Part shown: positions 28,618 through 42,240 of the stretch, piece after piece
Position numbering within the stretch: the first letter of the stretch is position 1
Layout of the letters: the number at the start of each line of letters is the position of its first letter
Program-made: the position numbers and the translations under genes
Notes under the pieces: generated by a model
What the model saw: the letters and a program-made list of their open reading frames with translations, nothing else
Databases searched by the model: none
Told to the model about the DNA's origin: nothing
NCBI GenBank assembly: GCA_030770535.1
Contig: JASVEC010000003.1
Coordinates: 558,001 to 622,000 of the forward strand
Origin: Batkoa obscura
Taxonomy: Eukaryota
Direction: 5' to 3'
DNA: 64,000 nt

Positions 28618-28725
28618 ATATGAGGAAGTATTTTTTTGTTTAAGAATTTTACTAACAATCTTTCCGCTCAAATAGCGTTTAAAAAATGGAAAAAATAATG
28701 AAACCAAAAAAAACATCCTCGTATA
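28618..28725 (+). mobile_element. MITE family A copy 7
   Basis: atatgaggaagtatttttttgtttaagaattttactaacaatc...aaacatcctcgtata. Confidence 0.85.
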
Positions 28726-28947
28726 TTTTTTAAAATAACGCTTTAAAAAATTATTATTATTCATATTTTAATTTTCCTTTAAATCTTTTAGTGTATTTTA
28801 TGTTTAAAAATAGTTTAGGTTTTGGAAATCTTATAAAATAAACAGACACTAAAATAACAAATTAGATTTACATCCAAGTTTAAAAATGACCCTCAATTTT
28901 TTAAATATCTACTATAAACTTTAGTTCATTTGGATTTAACTTGAATA

Positions 28948-29049
28948 TATATGGGGGTGTTTTTTTTGTTTAAGGATTTTACTAACAATCTTCGCACAAA
29001 TAACGCTTAAAAAATGGAAAGTGATGAAATCAAAAAAAGCATCCATATA
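28948..29049 (+). mobile_element. MITE family A copy 8
   Basis: tatatgggggtgttttttttgtttaaggattttactaacaatc...caaaaaaagcatccatata. Confidence 0.85.
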
Positions 29050-29343
29050 GAAAACCTAATTCCAATTTTGTTGTTTTTGTTAAATATTGTTATTAAAATA
29101 TATAGTCTTTTAAAATTTATGACACTCATATAATATTTATTTATTTATCCTGTCTTATTTTTTATTCTTTACCTTATAATAAAAGGATTTACACTAGCTT
29201 TCGATCTAATATGTATTTTTATAAAAGAGTCTTTTAATAAATTTTAAATTTATTGGACAAACTGTGCCAATAAAGCATCTTTGATACATAATTTGAAACA
29301 GATATCATAATTATCCTATAACTAGATATGTTTAATTAGTACA

Positions 29344-29451
29344 ATATGAGGATGTTTTTTTTGATTTCATTATTTTTTCCATTTTTTAAACGCTATTTGA
29401 GTGGAAAGATTGTTAGTAAAATTCTTAAACAAAAAAAGACATCCCCATATA
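29344..29451 (-). mobile_element. MITE family A copy 9
   Basis: atatgaggatgttttttttgatttcatt...gacatccccatata; directly abutted by another TIR-like end (atgggaatgctatttt). Confidence 0.85.
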
Positions 29452-30322
29452 TGGGAATGCTATTTTATTTTAGCTATTTATTTACTTTTTTATTTAGAAA
29501 TATGTGCTTAAGGTAATGTTTAATTATTTATTCACTTTTTAAGCTCAAATTTTGAAAAAAAATCCCAATTCGAACTTTAAGCTATAAAGCATTCCTTCTC
29601 ATTTATTTTAAACCATTTTATCAGTAGTGTAAAATAGTTGTGATCTTCAGTGAATATCTATAATAGAGCTTGGAAAAAAATATGATTCGGCTTATAAACC
29701 ATAAAACTGCTTCCTTTGGACTTCCTATACCAGTATTTAAATTATATATTTACCAAACTAAAGTTTAGAATTTTTAGAAACACTTTCCACAATGATGCCC
29801 TGACTACACTCTCTTAGATCGTTTTTCAGTAGCTTTAACTATCCGATTGTTCAGTCGTTTTCTGCTCTTTTGGAAACACTATCCATATTTGAACTCTCTA
29901 ATCTTATACAGCCTTAGTCACTTTAAGTAAATAGACGTAAAGCCTTTAGACTTTAAAATTAGAAAACCTAGCTATTTAAAACTCAAATTATTATGGTGAC
30001 TTAAACCGCTCCTTCGTGGAAGATTTTGTCCTCTTCTTCAAAAACCATTCACGATTTACAATTGCGTTTTCCTGAATTATAAAATAATCCAACCTCTTCT
30101 TTTAACAAATAGAAAATACAGTTCTTAGAACCTTTAATTTTAAAAAAGTGCCAAATTTATATAGCGTTAATAAAAAATAATAATGTTTTTAAATTTGTTT
30201 ATTTACTTGTTTAGTTATTTAAATTGATGACTAACATTTGATTGTATTAAATTTCTTATTTTTGTTTGACAAGTATATTATTAACTTTGGAAATTTTATT
30301 ATAATTTTTTGTGGCATTCTGA

Positions 30323-30426
30323 ATATGGGAATGTATTTTTGTTTAAGAATTTTACTAATAATTTTTCTGCACAAATAGCGCTTAAAGATGGAAAAAGTGA
30401 TGAAGTCAAAAAAAACGCTCCCATAT
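30323..30426 (+). mobile_element. MITE family A copy 10
   Basis: atatgggaatgtatttttgtttaagaattttactaa...aaaaacgctcccatat. Confidence 0.85.
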
Positions 30427-31585
30427 TTAGTAAAAAAAATCCATGATTTTATTTAGTTTTTTTATTTTATCTTATTTTATTTTATTTTGCTGTTACTAAT
30501 AAGATTATTTGTATAATATGATAGTACAATAGTACAATAATCATTTTTATTGTATATAAAAAATAGGTATGAATTAAGCTCCTAAGGTTTTGACTTTTTT
30601 TATATGTTAAACTAATTATAAATTATCTAATTAGATAAATATACTATTTTATTTATTGAATTTTGAAACAAGAAAGCCAAGTGCTATACTTTATAACTTT
30701 AAAAGAGAGCTCATTGTGAAGGTTTTTAAAATGAAAATACCCCTAAAATAAGAAGAATTCATAATTTATTAATATTAACAATTAACATCGCTCAAAGCCA
30801 ATCTCTCTACTTTATTGAGATGTTTAAAGATTTTAAAAATTATTACGGCTAGAGCCATTACAAGCCACAAAAAAACAGGAATTTTGTCTTTCTTACCTTA
30901 AAAGATTTATTTAAATCACGAGAATTTATTTCTGGAACAAATGTTGTGGCTTTTAATCAATTAAAAAGTTGACTGAATATAGTCAATATATTGAAAGCTT
31001 TATCTTATACGATAGTACTTATGTTTATTAAAATGTTATTCAATTAAGTGACAATATATTAATGTTTAAGATTGAAATCGTTTTATTAGGCTAATTTTAT
31101 AAACCTATTTTTTGTGAGATGTTTTTCATGATTTTTTGAGTTTACTCATGTATTATCATTTATTATATGAAAGAAAAAACTTTCATGTATTAATTTTCAA
31201 TAATTAAGGTTATAGCAATATACAAACTACAAATATAAACTATATCACTTTTAATACTAATTTCACCACATATCTTTTTACTCTGAGATTCTTAATAAAT
31301 AGTTTTAAGGTCACATTAGCAAAAATAATATTAAGAACAGGAAATTATAAAACCAGCTTCAAGTTAATTTGGCAAATAATTTCAGAACAAATAGAATTGC
31401 GTGTACGCTTGATTTGCTTTATAAAAGCCAATCCAACCTCAAGGAATAGTCATTTCTAAAAAAAGGTTCTTGATAGATTAAGAATTCAATGGCTACTCAA
31501 AAGTAAATTTAATAAAAAATAGACAACTAAATTAACAGCCATAATTTCTTTTTTAAAAAAAAGTTGTTAAAGTTTAAACTATATT

Positions 31586-34500
31586 ATGTCCATGGCCACC
31601 ACCATTCCAAAATCCACTAACCTAAGTCTTTTTAGTGAGGAAGTTATAACTATTGCTGATGAAACTTTGAACGACGAACTACCCCCTCGCTCTGGTACCC
31701 CTAATTCGTTTAAAACAGTGGAATCTGGAACAGCCCCAGCTACCCCACAACAACAACAGCCCTCTCAGTTTAATGTCGCTTCACCTGTTTCTTCACATGT
31801 GTTTTTATTGAGCTTTTTTGATGAAATTTTAAAATCAAAATCTATTAGTCGTTACCCTACCATTAAAGAGTCTACCCAGCGTGCTTTAGGTAACTGAATT
31901 AATTAATATTATAAAACAAAAGTTAATTTTAATATTTATTAGACTTGTCAAAAACAGAAGGATTTTGTCGAGAAAGAGCGTAAGAGATAATATTTTTTTA
32001 ATTTACTCAGCTTATTTTATTTCCTAGTCAACTTTCTCACAATACTGACGTTATCCTCGATCCTTTAATTGCATGTTGCAAATCAGGATCACAAACCTTA
32101 ACTTTGTTGGCTTTGGACGGCTTGAGTAAATTAATCACTTACGATTATCTACCAAGTGAGGTCTTACTCTCTTCTGGTTTAAAAATCGAGACTAAAGGCG
32201 AAAAGAAAGAACGAAGCCCTATTGATAAGGCAGTGATGGCCATTTGTGATTGTTTTAAAGGTGAGAACACTGACGAAAGGCTACAAACTCAAATTATGAA
32301 GGTAAAATGCCCTTTTATTTTTTAAGCAAATTTTAAGGCCATCTCTATAGGGTTTAGTTGCTGCTGTTTCTTCGAACACGACCATTATTCATCAAGAAGC
32401 CCTTTTAAATGCGATTAGAACTTTGTATAATATTTTTTTGTTATCACGCGATATAAGTAATCAGATCGTTGCTCAAGGAACTTTGATTCAAATGTCCCGT
32501 TCTGTTTTTGGTCGTATTAAACCAGCTTCAAGACCAAAACCTCAAAGAGCACCATCTATAGCAAGCTATAAATCAAATAATAGTGGATCGATAGTCAACT
32601 ATGCTAGTGATAGCGACGATGAAGCAGACGAACCAAAAAAAGGTCAGTATTTTTGATTTAATAGATAATAATAAATTAATAAATTTTTTAGATAACTTAG
32701 AAGATAATAAATTAACGTTAGAGGCGATTGGCGGCAAAGCAGCAGAAGCAGCAGCCAATGCTCAAGTTCAAGGAAATATATGTGACAACACAAGTGACCT
32801 CAATGTTCTTGATGGCTTTTTATTATTCAGAGCACTCTGTAAACTTTCTATTAAGCCTTTTAGAACTGATGCTACTCTTGAATCACGTTCCATGTCATTA
32901 AGATCTAAATTATTATCTTTATATCTCATCCTTATCATCGTTACTGAATTTTCTGATGTTTTTGTAAATTCAAGGGTATTTTTTTTAACTCCTGGCGATA
33001 ATGATTTGAATCGTACAGTGAGAGAAGAAACTTTTTTAGTTGCTGTGAAACCTTACTTTGGATTGTGTCTTTCAAGAAATTTAGTTTCTACAACTCCAAA
33101 AATCTTTGAATTGGCTTTAGCCGTCTTTGAGTCCGTGATGTGTAACCTACGTTCTCATTTAAAGGGTGAAATTGAGGTTTACCTTAAAGAAATCATTATC
33201 CCAGTCTTGGAAATGAAGCCATCTGGCATCCAACATCAAAAGCATATTTTGTTTACTATGTTTCTTTCAAAATTGAGTCACGACCCTCAAATGCTAGTTG
33301 AAATCTATTTAAATTATGATTGTGATCGAGGTTCCTTAAATAATAATATCTTTGAACATTTAACAAGCTCGGTTTCTAAATTGGTTTCCAGTGTAAGTGA
33401 ACAAGATATTGAAGATACGCCTGCTTTAATTTGGGAAGAACAAGATTCTTTCCAGGCTACTGCTAAAGGCCTTAATAGAGCTGATTTATTAAATTTGCCT
33501 TCTCTTACTTCCGATAAATTTACTCACACCTATTTATCTAACTCTTTTTTCTCACGCGCTTCGTTTAATCCAGCTAACCTTCAAATTCGTGCTCTTGATA
33601 CACTTGTAAGTATCTTAAGCTCATTAGTTCGCTGGAGTAATAAAGGTAAAGCAAATTCAGATCTGAGATCTGATAGTGTGAACTTAACTGAAGAAGCTTT
33701 GGATGACCCTGCCACTGAAACTGGTACTATTTATCCATCTGAAGTAGCCGACAGTGACTTTAGAACCTTATCACCAGTTTATGACGACCCCAATCACTTT
33801 GAACAAAATAAGATTCAAAAGCAGGCTCTCCAAGTAGCGATTGATATTTTTAACCGTAAACCAAAAAGGGGTATTGAGAGTTTGTTAAAGAGTGGGATCA
33901 TACCCAGTTCTGATCCACAAGACATTGCCAAGTTTTTACTGGAATCACCTGACCTCAATAAAAATGTTCTAGGAGAATACCTAGGTGAAGGGGACGTAGT
34001 AAACATTGACATTATGCATGCCTTTGTTGATCAGTTAGACTTTACAGGCTTAGAATTTGTACCAGCATTAAGAAAGTTTTTGCAAACGTTCCGCTTACCT
34101 GGAGAGGCTCAAAAGATCGATCGATTTATGTTAAAGTTCGCTGAACGTTATGTAGCACAAAACGCTGATGTCTTTGTGAACGCAGATACCGCCTACGTTT
34201 TAGGTTACTCAGTTATTATGTTAAATACTGATTTATATAACCCCCAAGTTAAAAAGAGAATGACTCAAGAAGACTTTATAAAAAACAATCGTGGAATTGA
34301 TGATGGAACAGATATCCCGGAAGAATTTTTAAATGAAATTTACCATCAGATTTCTGCAAAAGAAATTAAACTTAAAGATGATCCCTATGAAGCTTCCAAT
34401 GCAGCTAGCCGTTCCAATACCCCAGCTACCTTAGCTGCCCAATTCGACATCTTAGGCACACGCAACAAAAAGAATCAAGATGCACAAGCCAGTTCCTTAC

Positions 34501-37500
34501 AATTACAAAATAATGCTGAAAAGATATTGAAAAAGATGATCAGCCGTAAAGCCAATAGAAATGGAGCTGGTATCCCCTCGGTATTTTATAGTGCTTCTCA
34601 CTACGAACATGTTCGTCCCATGTTTGAAGTGTGCTGGATGGCTTGTTTAGCTACTTTCTCAGCTTTACTTAAATCAAATGACAATCCAAAGATCATTGCT
34701 TATTGTTTGGATGGATTCCGACATGCAATTCATATCGCTAGTTTCTTTGATTTGGACTTAGCTAGAAATGCCTTAATTAATGCTTTAAGCAACTTCTGCT
34801 TCTTAGCCAATATCATGGAAATGAAAGCAAAAAATCTGGAAGCCATACGTACTATTTTAGATATTTCTGTAGAAGAAGGTAACAATCTTAAAAATTGTTG
34901 GACGGATATATTGCAGATTGTCAATCATTTGGTTAGATTACAACTTATCCCTAACTTTTCTGCTACTAGTAATGGCAGAGATCGTTCATTAGTGGCTCAC
35001 AGAGATCCTCAAGCAAAAAGATTCACCAAAATTGCACTAGTTGAAAGTAACTCCCAATCTATGTTGATTTCCGTCGATAAAGTGTTTGCTTATTCCGTTC
35101 ATTTGAATGGAAGTGGTATTGTAGATTTTATTAAAGCATTATCCGAAATTGCTTGGGACGAATTGGAAGATATACCCACTACGTTTGATAAGAGTAAAGC
35201 ACAAACATCACCCCGTATGTTTGCTATACAAAAATTAGTAGAGGTGGCTTACTATAATATGAATCGTATTCGTTTAGAGTGGAAAGAGATCTGGGGAATA
35301 ATTTCGCCCTTGTTCCAAAAGATAGGTTGCCATAGTAATGAAGCAGTTGCTTCATATGTGATCGATTCTTTGCGCCAATTGGCTTCTAAGTTTTTGGATA
35401 AGGAAGAATTGTCTAACTTCAAGTTCCAGAAAGAGTTCCTTTCTCCTTTTGTTTACATCATTTCAAATACCAAACTTCTCACTATTAAGGATATGGTGCT
35501 ACAATGTCTTAAACAGATGATCAAATCAAGCTCACGCCATATTGTATCTGGTTGGAAAACAATGTTTGCTGTTTTAGGAGAAGCAGCGCAGGATGACAAT
35601 GAAGCAATTGTCGCCTTATCTTTTGATTTAGTTAAAAAGATTTATCAAGACCATTTTAACGATGTAATAACTAAACCAGAAAACTTTGGAAGCTTTTTGA
35701 TTTGCGTGGCTCAATTTACAAAAAATGATAAGTATAACAAGGTTGGATTACAGGCGTTTGAAGTATATCGTCAAACTTCTGATAGCATGATTGAGTTTTC
35801 AAAACTTCACCCAGAGCTTGTTTCATCAAAGGGATTCGCTAGGGAGGGGGTTTACGCTAAAAGCCATGAAAGTTTCCCTGAATTAAACTTCTGGATCCCA
35901 ATTTTCCACGGACTTTTAGAAATGGTGTCCGAAGTCCTCGACCTTGAGGCAAGAACCAGAGCTATCGATCAGTTATTTGGCTACCTTAATCAAAGCGGAA
36001 AAGAATTCCCAGATAGCTTCTGGCATTATTTATTGAGTGAAGTGTTGTTTCCTATCTTTTCTAATTTGGGCGATTCAAATAGACAATCTAAATTACAATT
36101 CGCTTCTCATGAAGATTCAATCATTTGGGTTTCTACTACCCTCATCCATGCTTTACGTAAATTTGTTCAACTTTTCACGGATTATTATGAAAAGGTGTTC
36201 CAGTTTTTGGATGGCCTATTGGACCTCCTCTCTGTTTGTTTATGTCAAGGTAAATTGTAATTAGTCTTTTTAAATTAGTTGCTTATATATATTGTTAGAA
36301 AATCCATCTCTCTGTAAGATTGGATCTGATTGCTTTAAAAGTTTGGTAGAAAGTAATGTAGATCGCTTAAGTACCAAAGATTGGGAAAGGCTTATTGGGA
36401 TAACCGTTCGTCTCTTTACAGCTTCTAGTCGAGTTTCTTCCGATGAAACGAAAAAGAACTTGACCCTTAAGGATAAAATTAATACAAGTAATTTTTCCAA
36501 AAACCATATAAATTGTAACACTAATTTCTTTGTAATAGAATCTCAATTAGAAAGCTTTGAAAAGATAATGAAAGAATCTCAGATACCAAACTTACCAAAA
36601 ACGCCTACCCAGCAATTGAATTTATGTTTAACCATGATTTCAATTGTGGAAGATGTGTTCTTACAAAACGATAAAGTATTTAGAAAAATAAAACCTGAGC
36701 ACGTGTTCCTTATTTTAGATTTGGTTGAAAGAGCTTATTTGGAAACTCAACATATCAATGCCGATTTCGATCTTATTGGTGCTATAGAAAGACAAGGTAA
36801 AATAACTGTAATTTACTTGATTAATTCAAAATGTTTAACTTAATTTTTTTAGCTGTTAACAAATTAGAAAGATTCGCAGCCACTTCTTTAAGTTTAGAAT
36901 TGAATTGTTTGGTATGTTTAATTAAGGTATTATTAAAAATGTATACCTCGGATAATCCAGCGTTTAAACCACATGTCAGTGAAATTGAACATAGACTTAT
37001 ACCGTAAGTGGTTATATCTACGTGTATATACATTTATTAACCCTTTTCTAGGCTATGCAAAGATTCATTCACTTCTTTCAATTCCTTATCAGATTACCCA
37101 TTAATTCCTGGGGTACAAAACATTTACGAATTGTGGCACGAAGTTGTACTAAGGATTGGCAACTTTTTATGTATTGCACAAGGGCAACAGGTAAAACTCA
37201 ACTGGTTATAATATCTTTACAAAAAGCTAACTCTGCTCTTTTTAGTTTAAAACCGTGTTCCAACCCAACAGTAAAGAAATTATTAAAACCTTGAAGCATC
37301 GTCATCTTTCGCATGAAATTCAAACAATGGTGTTTAATATTATGGAAAGGGTGGATTTATTTTATATTCAAAATGAGAGTCTAGAAAGAGAGGTAGAGGT
37401 AGAGGTAGAGACAGAGAGCCCTGCCCAAGTTAATGTTCATGAATCTAAGTACAAAGAGAATAGAGAGACACATATTGAAGAGTATAATCAAATTGATGAC

Positions 37501-37587
37501 ACCAATGAAAGCTTGAATCAGGAAGATGAAGTGATTCAAGTGGATTACAATCCTGGGTTTTCAATGCTTACCCAAGATGACTTTTAG
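31586..37587 (+). CDS. SEC7: Large ARF guanine-nucleotide exchange factor Sec7/BIG, multi-exon
   Basis: DCB (ALDGLSKLITY, IRTLYNIFLLS), HUS box YLNYDCD, Sec7 domain FRLPGEAQKIDR and YSVIMLNTDLYNPQVK, HDS KLVEVAYYNMNRIRLEW. Confidence 0.96.
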
Positions 37588-38052
37588 GTCTTTTGAGTTG
37601 AGTATAATTATATACTCTTTTTCCTGTTTTCTTATTTTTTACTACGTTTGAAATATAGTCTTGTTTGAATTAAATTTTTTACTGTTTTTAAGAATTTTTT
37701 GAGTTTTTACGTGGTTGCTTGCTTTAAATTTTGATTGGAATACGAATACTCCAAATTAATCTCATTATTTTGCCATAGGAGAGTATTATTATTTAAACTA
37801 AATTATAAAGTAGGAACTTATATGGCCCATATAGTAAACAGGGTGTATATAACAGTTTCAAGATACAGCTCAAAAATTAATACTAGAGATAAAAATAAAG
37901 CTTTCTAACCATGTTTTTTGTTTATCCCTCGATTTATAAAAATTCACGATTTTTTCGAAACCAAACATTTAAAATTTGGACCAATAATAAGCTTTTATTT
38001 ATTTGTTTACTTCTATGAACTTCCTATTTTAATCCTTACTTGGCAATAAAGG

Positions 38053-40518
38053 ATGAGCAAACTACTCCACAAAGGAATCTTAAAGCATGAGCTGCTAGTC
38101 AGGAGCAAACTGAAGCAAATAGCCATAATTAAACAAGAGGTAACTAGCAAACGTCTTATAAGTAGCGTTCAAGAAAGGTAAGCACATCTACTCATTAAAT
38201 CACATAATAAACCTTAACATATAGAAAGTACAGAGATACTCGTAGATAAAGAAGATAGGATTAAGTCGAAGCTTGAGGAATTAAAGACGATACTAAAGGA
38301 GGATAGTACTGATGAAAACAAGAGGGTAAATCACTTAATTGAAGATTTATTAAAAGAACAGCAGCCGGTACCGTTAAATCCAAAGGTGAATATTATGCAA
38401 TTGATGTTGGGTAGTGGGGTGATTCAATTACTCAATAAACAATACAAAAACAGGGGAACCAACTTTCTGCAAGGGATTTTAGGCAAGGATACTCTGTTTT
38501 TAAAGTTTGAAGGCGATAGGAATGAAATTAAACATATTTTAACGGTGTTTAAAAACGAAAAATACCAACATAAGTTATTGTGTAAAAAGATAGTTAATGA
38601 TATTCATAATGAAGAGTCATATTACGCTGTAATTGAAAGTAGTCTGGAAATGGACCAATTAGAGTTGGTTGTCGAGTATTTGAATGAGATGATAGTGGAA
38701 TATACACCAAACAAAAAGCTGGTTCATCAAGTATTTGTTAGGCTTCTGAAATCTAATAAGCAGGATGTGGCTATGGATTTATACCTTAAATTAAAAGAAA
38801 AAGAATACAAGTTTAACAAAGGTACGTATATCTCATTTATCACTTATTTTAGTAGATATAAAGATAAGAAGCAGTTAAATAATGTGTTGCATTTTTTTAA
38901 TGAGATGACTATCCGAGGGTTGGAGCCTAACATAACTTTATTTAACATTATGATTAAGAATTATCATCAGCTTATACTAATTAACAAAGATAAAGTAAGT
39001 AATAAATATTATTTAACTAAGGTTCAGCAGATTATACAGCAAATGAAGGAGGCTTACGTTGGAATGGACGACTATAGTTATGCTATCTTGCTTTCTATTT
39101 TTAGAATCTTGTTGAAGTCAGATAAAGAATACTATTTAAAAGAGTTTAATTTATTGATTGATGTAAAGGAGGCTAAGTTAAATATACAGGGGTACAATGA
39201 ATTGCTTAAAATTTATGCATCATTGAAAGAAGTCGAGTCAATGGAAGAAGTGATATTAACCTTGTGTGAAAAAAATTTATTGGATAACATTGTATTGGAT
39301 ACAATTATTGAGGAGTTTAGTAAACTCGAGCGGTATGATAAATTAGAATACTATTATTTACAATTAACAAAGAAAAAGAAATTGAATAAGCTATATAAAT
39401 TCCAAATAGTACAACCAGATCAATTAATTTTATTAAAGATGATTAAAGTGTTTGCCAAATTAAACAAACCTGCTTTGGCACAAGAATATTACCATCAAAT
39501 TGAAATTAAAAATAAGAATGAATTAAATATGGTGTTATTGGCTTATTTGGAGTTACTAAATAAAAACTCGATCTCTTCAGAAGAAGTTCTGTGGAAGATT
39601 GAAACTATATTCAATGCACATCCAGAATTTAAAGATACGTTGAATTATAGAGTATTAGTTAGATGCTATTATATTTATATATTAAGAAACAATAAAGATA
39701 AGGACATTATGCCAATTTGGAAGAAATTATGGAATATTGTTGATAGTATCAAATTCCAAGATCCGGATATCGTAACATTCTTATTAAAAAGTATGATTTT
39801 AGCAAATTTAGAAGATAATCGTTATTTAAGGCAACTATTAAATGAGGCTATCCCATTTAATTTAGAACATTATACGCTATTATTGCAGCTTGCGGGAAAG
39901 TATAATAGTAAAATAGATGTACAATTAATAGAAGAAAGATATAAGAATGAAATGCCAACCATCCATTTAGAATTTTATAATTTATATTTACAGTTAGTGA
40001 TACGATATGATTTGCCATATTTTATAGATAAAGTGATGTACCTTTATTATAAGAAGATTGAGTTTAACGAACATTTGTTTAATATCTATTTGGATTATTT
40101 TATTAGAAACAAAACTGATTTTGATGCATTTTCAAATCATTTGCAGTTTTTCATTCTAACAATCAATAGATTTGATACTCGATTAGATAGCAAATTGGTG
40201 TATAAACTAAGCCAAATTACTCGACGCTATACCTCGCAGCAACAGTTAGAAGTGATTGATTCTTTGTTCAGGGTTAAGAAGAAAGATAACAAAGACATTA
40301 TTATTATCATCAAAAAAATGATCCTTGAAAATCAATTGCTAGAAGCGGATAGGCTGTTTTCTATTTTGGACCATTACTTTAGTAACAAGGATTCTAAAGT
40401 CGCGATAAAAATTATCCATTTGATTCAAATTAAGTACCCTGAATTACAGCAAACCCATAAGAAGTCAAAATTTTACCAGAGCTTTTATGCGTTTAAAGTA
40501 AAGTGGGATGGTAAATAA
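38053..40518 (+). CDS. Pentatricopeptide-repeat-like helical protein, probably mitochondrial; 5' exon (38053-38177) tentative
   Basis: PPR-like units (TYISFITYF...FFNEMTIRGLEPNITLFNIMIKNY; MDDYSYAILLSIF; GYNELLKIYA); the frame is open from ~38221, upstream of the GTG start in the ORF track. Confidence 0.7.
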
Positions 40519-42240
40519 TAAACGAATAATAAATCAAACAATAAATCAAAAATTTTATTATGTAATTATTAACCTTATTTAATAACATGTTATTAAAACA
40601 AAGCCGCTGTATTCACATCAAGTTTTAAGCTACAAAGTTTAAACTCTGTTTTTTAGTCAAAAATGTGACCAAAGAACTAACTTTCAAAATCAGTCATGGA
40701 TAGTCTATAAAAGGAAATCGTGATATGTTAACTAAAGTTGAAAATAAATTATTCTAAAACATTAAAATCGGATGGAGAGTGTACATTATATTCGCTAATA
40801 GTATTTATTATATGCAATTGTATTTTTTATAAGTTATTTGGTTGTCATATGGCTTTAGCTAGTTTAATAAAGTTGAAAAAATTTTAGCAGTAAATTTTTA
40901 ATAACTCATCAAAAAAACTATACAATAAATAGAGTGGGTTAGCTTTCAATTTTATTTTGATTTTTTAATAATAAATTAATTTTTGATATGAAATAACGTA
41001 ACGACACTTAATTATTTTAGCAACTTTAATTGAAACAAGAAACTAATAAAGGTATTAAGGAGTATAATTTAATAGTAAAGGATGTTTTTATAGCTAAAAT
41101 TGAGTTAATTAAAATCCGAAAGCTAAAAAGGGGTGCTTAGTTTTATTATATTAGAATAAAGCTAGGCAAAATGACCAAGGTTTTGGTATTTCATTAGTTA
41201 TTTTCATTGTTTTTATTACATTAATAATGTTTAATTATTATTAAGTATTTGTATATAATAAATTCGTCTGCATGATATTACCATATTATTAAACAAAATG
41301 ATCAGTATTTGATACCGTTACAACTTAAGCACATTAAATTAAAATTGAATTGAAGCATAAGTGGGTTGAACCACTTACCACGTCAAATTAAAAAGTACTG
41401 TAAGCTTAAAGACAAAAATGTTTTAAACAATATCAAGATCATTAAGTACTTTAAGTATAAGTATAAGTACAAATAAACAAATAATTGTAATTGTTAGATA
41501 ACAATGATACTTTATAATATCTTAATTCTAAATTTAAATAAAATGAATTTAAAAATAATTAATAGAACTCATTAATAAATTATTTTTATTATCCTACTTA
41601 TATATTAGAATATGGCTTAGAGCTTAAATACAATGACTTATTAATTTTATTGATTTTTAGATGGAATATACAAAAACAATTCTAACTAATAGCTCATTTC
41701 AATAGTGTAATTTCTAAAAATAAATAGGTTTCTACTCATCATGATCTCATTCTGTAAAATATTACTATTCAATTCTTGAGTTATCTATGATTTTTGTTAT
41801 TGCGCTGTATTCTATCTATTTCAACAATTTATTGTTCTAATAATAAATTTCGAGGTTTACATCTCCTTTATTGGCTCTAGCTTTGGGCATAATTTTGGGA
41901 ATGGTGCTAATTCCAAGATTGTAGCCAATCATCTATGGTGACCAGTAATGGGTTTTACTTTTTAAGAAAGTTAATATCATCAAATTCTATAATTAAACTG
42001 GAAACTCCGGGATATCTTATTAAAAACTAGTATTCTGTCTAATTAATTAATCAAAGCTGGAGTTATTCCTAATTCCTGCTAAGAACAACACAGCTTTAAA
42101 TAGAACACCTTTAAAAATTAAGGTGGTGGACACATAAATTAAAATTTTATTCTTTGTTTCCTTCACTTCTTGGAACGCTCATCTAATATTTAAATAATTT
42201 CATTTTTAAAATTTTCCTTGTTTATTATATCTAATTTATA

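Noticed and set aside
25299..30426. Repeated ~105-bp units as a CRISPR-like array or satellite
   Set aside because: Irregular spacing, both orientations, TIRs, eukaryotic context and no cas genes; these are MITEs
32601..32690. N-terminus of the 1219-aa ORF as a true start
   Set aside because: It is intron read-through (GT at ~32643 to AG at ~32690); the DCB exons upstream belong to the same SEC7 gene
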